From Ktedonobacterales bacterium (GTDB lineage: Bacteria > Chloroflexota > Ktedonobacteria > Ktedonobacterales > JADMIN01): DNA of 32,000 nucleotides. A model generated the notes under the pieces. It saw only the letters and a list, made by a program, of their open reading frames with translations, had not been told where the DNA came from and did no database searches. The stretch's first letter is position 1. Each line of letters begins with the position of its first letter. Both the position numbers and the translations under genes were made by a program. Of the stretch, positions 28,551-32,000 are shown in pieces. The DNA lies in the NCBI GenBank assembly GCA_030167145.1, contig CP126532.1, positions 4,830,001 to 4,862,000 of the forward strand, written 5' to 3'.

Positions 28551-28889
28551 ATGGGCCATGTGTATTCGCAGGTGATTGCGGTGATAACTGCTGCTGCGGG
28601 GGAACGACCGGAGCGGCTGGTATGGCGTGGGCGAGAGTATACGGTGGCGGAGGTGCTGAGCACGTGGCGGCTGCGGGATCGCTGGTGGGAGGAGCTGCCA
28701 CCACTTTCGGATGCACTCGAACCAGGAGAGCAACCACAACCTGGACAACCAGGGCACGGCCAGGGGCGACGGTTGGGAGGTGCGAGCGAGCGGACGTACT
28801 GGCGGGTGCGGTGCGTAGAGGGGATGATCTGCGACGTGTATGAAGATGCGGCGCGGGGGGTGTGGATGCTGGATAAGGTCTATGACTGA
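28551..28889 (+). CDS. Small W/R-rich protein (112 aa) wedged between imuB and dnaE2; possible detached ImuB C-terminal module
   Basis: The ATG at 28551 lies 7 nt after the imuB stop, with GGTGGTGAG as an SD-like element. NNG codon periodicity resumes exactly at this ATG. The stop overlaps the dnaE2 ATG by 8 nt. Sequence motifs: ...WRLRDRWWEE...YWRVRC...GVWMLDKVYD. Confidence 0.7.
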   Translation: MGHVYSQVIAVITAAAGERPERLVWRGREYTVAEVLSTWRLRDRWWEELPPLSDALEPGEQPQPGQPGHGQGRRLGGASERTYWRVRCVEGMICDVYEDAARGVWMLDKVYD

Positions 28890-31800
28890 GATGCTGACAG
28901 AGAGCGAGCGAGCAGCAGGCAAGGATACAGGCGGCGGTGGGAGAGCAGACGGCAGACGTTGGGAGACGCCACTCAACGGCGATGCGGGAACAGGTACAGG
29001 GCCTACAGAGTACGGGGACTACGTGGAGTTGCACTCCGCGAGCGCGTACAGTTTCCGGCGGGCGGGGAGTAGCGTGGAGGCGTTGGTGGCGCGGGCGGTG
29101 GCGCGGGCGGCGGCGCTGGGGACGGAGCGGGGCATACGGGCGCTGGCGCTGACGGACGAGATGACGCTGGCGGGGGTGGTGCGCTTCCAGGCGGCGTGCG
29201 CGGAACACGGGGTGAAGGGGATCGTGGGCTGCGCGCTGGCGGTGAGCGAGCCGCACTTTGGGACGGGGGCGGCGGGGCGACAACCGGCGGAAGTGGTGGC
29301 GCTGGCGGAGAATCAGACGGGGTATGCGCGGCTGTGTGCGTTGCTGACGGCGGCGAATCTGCGTGCGCCCGATGCGCCGGTGATTGCTTTCGCAGAACTG
29401 GCGGCGGAGCCAGAAGGGCTGATCTTGCTGACGGGTGGGCCAGAGGCGGGGACGCTGGCGCGGTTGGTGCGGGCGGGACGGCGGCAGGAGGCGGTGGCGG
29501 TGGCGCGGCGGTACCATGCGGTGTTTGGCGCAGAGCGAGTGTTCGTGGAGGTGCAGCAGCAGCGGTTGCCGGAGAGCGTGGGGCTGATGCAGGGGTTGGT
29601 GGAGGTGGCGGCAGAGGCGGGGCTGCGGGTGGTGGCGACCAATGGGGTGCGCTATGCGACACGGGCGGAGTACGCGGTGTATGACCTGCTGACCTGTGTG
29701 CGGCTGGGCATCTCGGTGGATGTGGCGCACCGGGAGCGGCCACGCAATGACGAGGCGTATCTGAAGTCGGATGCGGAGATGCGGGCGCTGTTCGCGGGGC
29801 TGCCGTGGGGGGAAGCGGCGCTGGCGGCGACGGGGGAGATTGCGGGGCGGTGCGCGGTGGCGCTGCTGCGGGGGACGTGTACGGCTCCGGCGGTGGCGCT
29901 GGCGGATGGGGAGACGCCGGACGAGCGGCTGGCGGCGCTGTGTGAGGAGGGGTTGTGGACGCGGTATGGAGCGCCTGTGGGACGGGATGCAGGCGACGGG
30001 CAAGGGCAGGTTGGGCAGGTTGGGCAGGTTGGGCAGGTTGGGCAGGTTGGGCAGGTTGGGCAGGTTGGGCAGGTTGGGCAGGTTGGGCAGGTTGGGTGGA
30101 CGAGAATACAGGCAGAGGGCGAGGCAGGCCTCGCCCCTACACCGTCCCCACCAGCAGCAGAGCAGTTGCCAGAAGAGGCGATGCCAGAAGCATTGCGGGC
30201 GGGGAGTGCGCCGCGGCGGCAACTGGCGCATGAGTTGGACGTGATTGGGCGGTTAGAGTTGGCGGAGTTTTTTTTGTGTGTGCGGGAGATGGTGAGCGCG
30301 GCGCGGGGGATGGGGGTGCGCATCAGCGGGCGGGGGTCAGCGGCGAACAGCCTGGTGGCGTATCTGCTGGGCATTACCGGGGTGGACCCCATCGCGCATG
30401 GGCTGCTGTTCGAGCGGTTCTTGAATCCAGAGCGGCGGGGGATGCCAGATATTGACCTGGATATTCAGAGCGACCGGCGGGAGGAGGTGATTCGCTGGGT
30501 GGAACGGCGGTACGGCCACGAACATGCGGCGATGGTGGCGAATGTGATGACGTATCGGGCGCGGCTGGCGCTGCGGGATGTGGCGAAGGCGCTGGGGTAT
30601 CCACTCGACGTGGTCAACCAGATGACCAAGGTGCTGCCGCACTACTGCGGGCGAGGGGAGATCGCGGGGTATGCGGAGGAGCTGGCGGGGGTGATTGCGC
30701 GAGCGGCGCAGGGACAGGGCGAGGTAGGCCTCGCCCCTACATCCACCAGACGAAGAGGGTGGACTACAGAGATAGGGCTGCGGCGGCTGCCGCTGGCGCT
30801 GGGGTTGGCGGCGCGGGTGTGTGGGTTGCCCCGGCACCTGAGCTTGCATAATGGGGGGATGGTGCTCTCGCGGGCGCGGCTGGCGGCGGTGTTGCCGGTG
30901 CGGGTCTCGGCGAATGGGGTGCGGGCGCTGGAGGTGGATAAAGACGATGTGGAGCGACTGGGACTGATCAAGTTCGACCTGTTGGGGTTGCGGACGCTGG
31001 GGGCGGTGGCGGAGGCGTTGACGTTGATCGAGGAGACGACGGGGACACGGCCGGATGTGGACCAGTTGCCGACCGAGCCGCCGGATGAACAGACGATGCG
31101 CCTGATCCGGGCGGGGCAGACGCTGGCGGTGTTTCAGATTGAGTCGCCGGGGCAGTGGCATTTGCTGGCGCAGACGCAGCCGGAGACGTTCAATGATCTG
31201 ATCGTACAGACGGCGTTGTTTCGTCCGGGGCCGATTCAGGGCGGGTTTGTGCGGCCGTATGTGGAGCAGCGCAGGGAAAAGCATGGGCAATGGCAGTGGG
31301 AGAGTCTCCAACGGGAGCAACAACAGGCAGAGCAACAACAGGCAGAGCAGCAATGGGCAGAGCAGCGGGATGCGGTGCAGACGCCGTGGCAGAGCGGTCA
31401 GGCGGATACCTTCTGGACGGGGCATGCGGTGCTGGGGCCGATCCTGCGGGAGAGCGAGGGGATTCTACTGTTTCAGGAGCAGATTCTGGAGATTGCGCAT
31501 CAGTTCGCGGGGCTGAGCTATGCCGAGGCGGATGGGTTCCGGCGGGCGATGTCGCATCAACGGGAGCCGGAGCAGATGGCGGCGATGCGGGAGCGGTTCG
31601 TGGCGGGGGCCATCGAGCGGGGGGAGACGGCGGCGGATGCGGAGCGGGTGTTCGGCGCGGTGTCGGCGTTTGTGGGGTATGGGTTCTGCAAGAGCCATGC
31701 GGCGGAGTTCGCGCGGACGATCTATCAGACGGCGTGGCTGAAGGCGCACTATCCGGCGCACTATCTGGCGGCGTTCCTCTCGGCGCAACCTGCGGGGTTC

Positions 31801-32000
31801 TTTCCGCCGCATGTGGTGCTGGAGGAGGCGAAGCTGCTGGGGGTGCCGGTGCTGCCGCCGGAGGTGAACCGGAGCGAGGGGCGGTTCACGGTGGAGTGGG
31901 TGGGGCAGCATGGTACAGCGGGGAGCCGGTATGCGCGGTGGGGGATCCGGATTGGGTTGGCGCAGGTGCGAGGGGTGGGGGAGGAGTTGGCGCGGGCGAT
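28882..32000 (+). CDS. dnaE2: Error-prone DNA polymerase III alpha-subunit paralogue DnaE2 (ImuC); 3' end outside window
   Basis: Own translation of frame 1; the frame is open to the window edge, so it is absent from the ORF track. YVELHSASAYSF (PHP), GRGSAANSLVAYLLGITGVDPI, FERFLNPERRGMPDIDLDI, LPRHLSLHNGGMVLS, GLIKFDLLGLRTLG, VFQIESPGQ, ALFRPGPIQGG, LLFQEQILE, GYGFCKSHAAEFA. An ATG at 28891 is an alternative start. Confidence 0.9.
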   Translation, partial: MTEMLTESERAAGKDTGGGGRADGRRWETPLNGDAGTGTGPTEYGDYVELHSASAYSFRRAGSSVEALVARAVARAAALGTERGIRALALTDEMTLAGVVRFQAACAEHGVKGIVGCALAVSEPHFGTGAAGRQPAEVVALAENQTGYARLCALLTAANLRAPDAPVIAFAELAAEPEGLILLTGGPEAGTLARLVRAGRRQEAVAVARRYHAVFGAERVFVEVQQQRLPESVGLMQGLVEVAAEAGLRVVATNGVRYATRAEYAVYDLLTCVRLGISVDVAHRERPRNDEAYLKSDAEMRALFAGLPWGEAALAATGEIAGRCAVALLRGTCTAPAVALADGETPDERLAALCEEGLWTRYGAPVGRDAGDGQGQVGQVGQVGQVGQVGQVGQVGQVGQVGQVGWTRIQAEGEAGLAPTPSPPAAEQLPEEAMPEALRAGSAPRRQLAHELDVIGRLELAEFFLCVREMVSAARGMGVRISGRGSAANSLVAYLLGITGVDPIAHGLLFERFLNPERRGMPDIDLDIQSDRREEVIRWVERRYGHEHAAMVANVMTYRARLALRDVAKALGYPLDVVNQMTKVLPHYCGRGEIAGYAEELAGVIARAAQGQGEVGLAPTSTRRRGWTTEIGLRRLPLALGLAARVCGLPRHLSLHNGGMVLSRARLAAVLPVRVSANGVRALEVDKDDVERLGLIKFDLLGLRTLGAVAEALTLIEETTGTRPDVDQLPTEPPDEQTMRLIRAGQTLAVFQIESPGQWHLLAQTQPETFNDLIVQTALFRPGPIQGGFVRPYVEQRREKHGQWQWESLQREQQQAEQQQAEQQWAEQRDAVQTPWQSGQADTFWTGHAVLGPILRESEGILLFQEQILEIAHQFAGLSYAEADGFRRAMSHQREPEQMAAMRERFVAGAIERGETAADAERVFGAVSAFVGYGFCKSHAAEFARTIYQTAWLKAHYPAHYLAAFLSAQPAGFFPPHVVLEEAKLLGVPVLPPEVNRSEGRFTVEWVGQHGTAGSRYARWGIRIGLAQVRGVGEELARA
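30004..30096 (+). repeat. Perfect 9-bp tandem repeat (CAGGTTGGG x10) inside dnaE2, encoding (GQV)10
   Basis: Ten identical units span 30007-30096, preceded by ggg. The array is codon-aligned with the dnaE2 frame. Confidence 0.98.
30116..30141 (+). repeat. 26-nt GC-rich palindromic element, copy 1 (in dnaE2 frame)
   Basis: aGGGCGAGGcaggCCTCGCCCctaca: an 8-bp stem GGGCGAGG/CCTCGCCC with a 4-nt loop. 25/26 identical to copy 2. Confidence 0.9.
30716..30741 (+). repeat. 26-nt GC-rich palindromic element, copy 2 (in dnaE2 frame)
   Basis: aGGGCGAGGtaggCCTCGCCCctaca, exactly 600 bp after copy 1 and therefore in the same codon phase. Confidence 0.9.
31315..31374 (+). repeat. Decaying 15-bp tandem repeat inside dnaE2 (EQQQA EQQQA EQQWA EQRDA)
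   Basis: gagcaacaacaggca x2 (perfect), then gagcagcaatgggca, then gagcagcgggatgcg. The array is codon-aligned. Confidence 0.85.

Noticed and set aside
28467-28551. Possible programmed +1 frameshift fusing ImuB to the small ORF. Frame 0 is open from 28467, and the track ORF starts at 28497.
   Set aside because: In 28497-28550 the frame-0 third positions are mixed (g,a,c,t,...). The imuB frame continues plausibly to its TGA. The NNG periodicity of frame 0 begins only at ATG 28551, which has an SD-like GGTGGTGAG upstream. Separate initiation is the simpler reading, although a sequencing error cannot be excluded.
30004-30096. The tandem repeat as a possible CRISPR or other non-coding array.
   Set aside because: The units are 9 bp with no spacers. 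The array lies inside an uninterrupted DnaE2 reading frame and is codon-aligned.
30094-30782. GGGTGGAC 8-mers near both palindromic elements (30094, 30759), considered as possible target-site duplications or element termini.
   Set aside because: They lie on opposite sides of the two copies in the same orientation. The same 8-mer also occurs at 30381-30388 in conserved coding sequence. It is probably a chance product of G-rich codons.
27300-31741. Plus-strand off-frame G/R/W-rich ORFs (for example 27424..28059, 27300..27572, 29196..29684, 29771..30244, 29955..30233, 31247..31516, 31520..31741).
   Set aside because: They are out of frame with the recognisable ImuB/DnaE2 reading frames. They give glycine/arginine homopolymer-like products and are by-products of the G-rich composition.
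27399-31911. Very long minus-strand ORFs in the track (27490..30231 913 aa, 30337..31425 362 aa, 27399..28277, 27830..28663, 28341..28976, 29003..29743, 29652..30392, 31465..31911), including a PNLPNL... repeat protein.
   Set aside because: They are Pro/Arg/Ala/His low-complexity translations antisense to imuB, the small ORF and dnaE2. Sense codons almost always end in G, so every antisense triplet contains a C and cannot be a stop. The plus-strand frames carry unmistakable ImuB and DnaE2 motifs.

Overview
The first ~27 kb are ordinary, moderately GC-rich chromosomal genes. The gene content looks like an actinomycete or a Chloroflexota (Ktedonobacteria-type) bacterium, but taxonomy cannot be settled without a search. 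A compositionally different block of ~5 kb follows.

Gene order, left to right:
- A partial beta-hydroxyacid dehydrogenase and a LacI repressor (minus strand).
- A LacI-operator-controlled operon of an alpha/beta hydrolase plus a five-gene Liv-type ABC importer (plus strand).
- A stand-alone receiver protein.
- A minus-strand cluster resembling quinone/aromatic ring-cleavage detoxification: carboxylesterase, GNAT, VOC dioxygenase, DinB/MDMPI-like protein, maleylacetate reductase, crotonase.
- Mth938-like and SRAP genes.
- A TetR / ABC-2 exporter operon.
- An orphan histidine kinase, divergent from a 1100-aa SARP(BTAD)-ATPase-TPR regulator.
- A BBE-type FAD oxidase with a SARP-style promoter.
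- A DUF385-like gene.

The most interesting locus runs from 27.0 kb to the window edge. It is a LexA-box-controlled imuB / 112-aa ORF / dnaE2 translesion 'mutasome' cassette with no imuA. It is written almost entirely in NNG codons, giving extreme G>C strand asymmetry. That asymmetry explains all the giant antisense ORFs in the track.

The cassette also carries several in-frame repeats:
- (GQV)10, from a perfect 9-bp x10 array.
- Two copies of a 26-nt GC palindrome exactly 600 bp apart.
- A 15-bp EQQQA array.

No rRNA, tRNA, CRISPR array, transposase or integrase was recognised.
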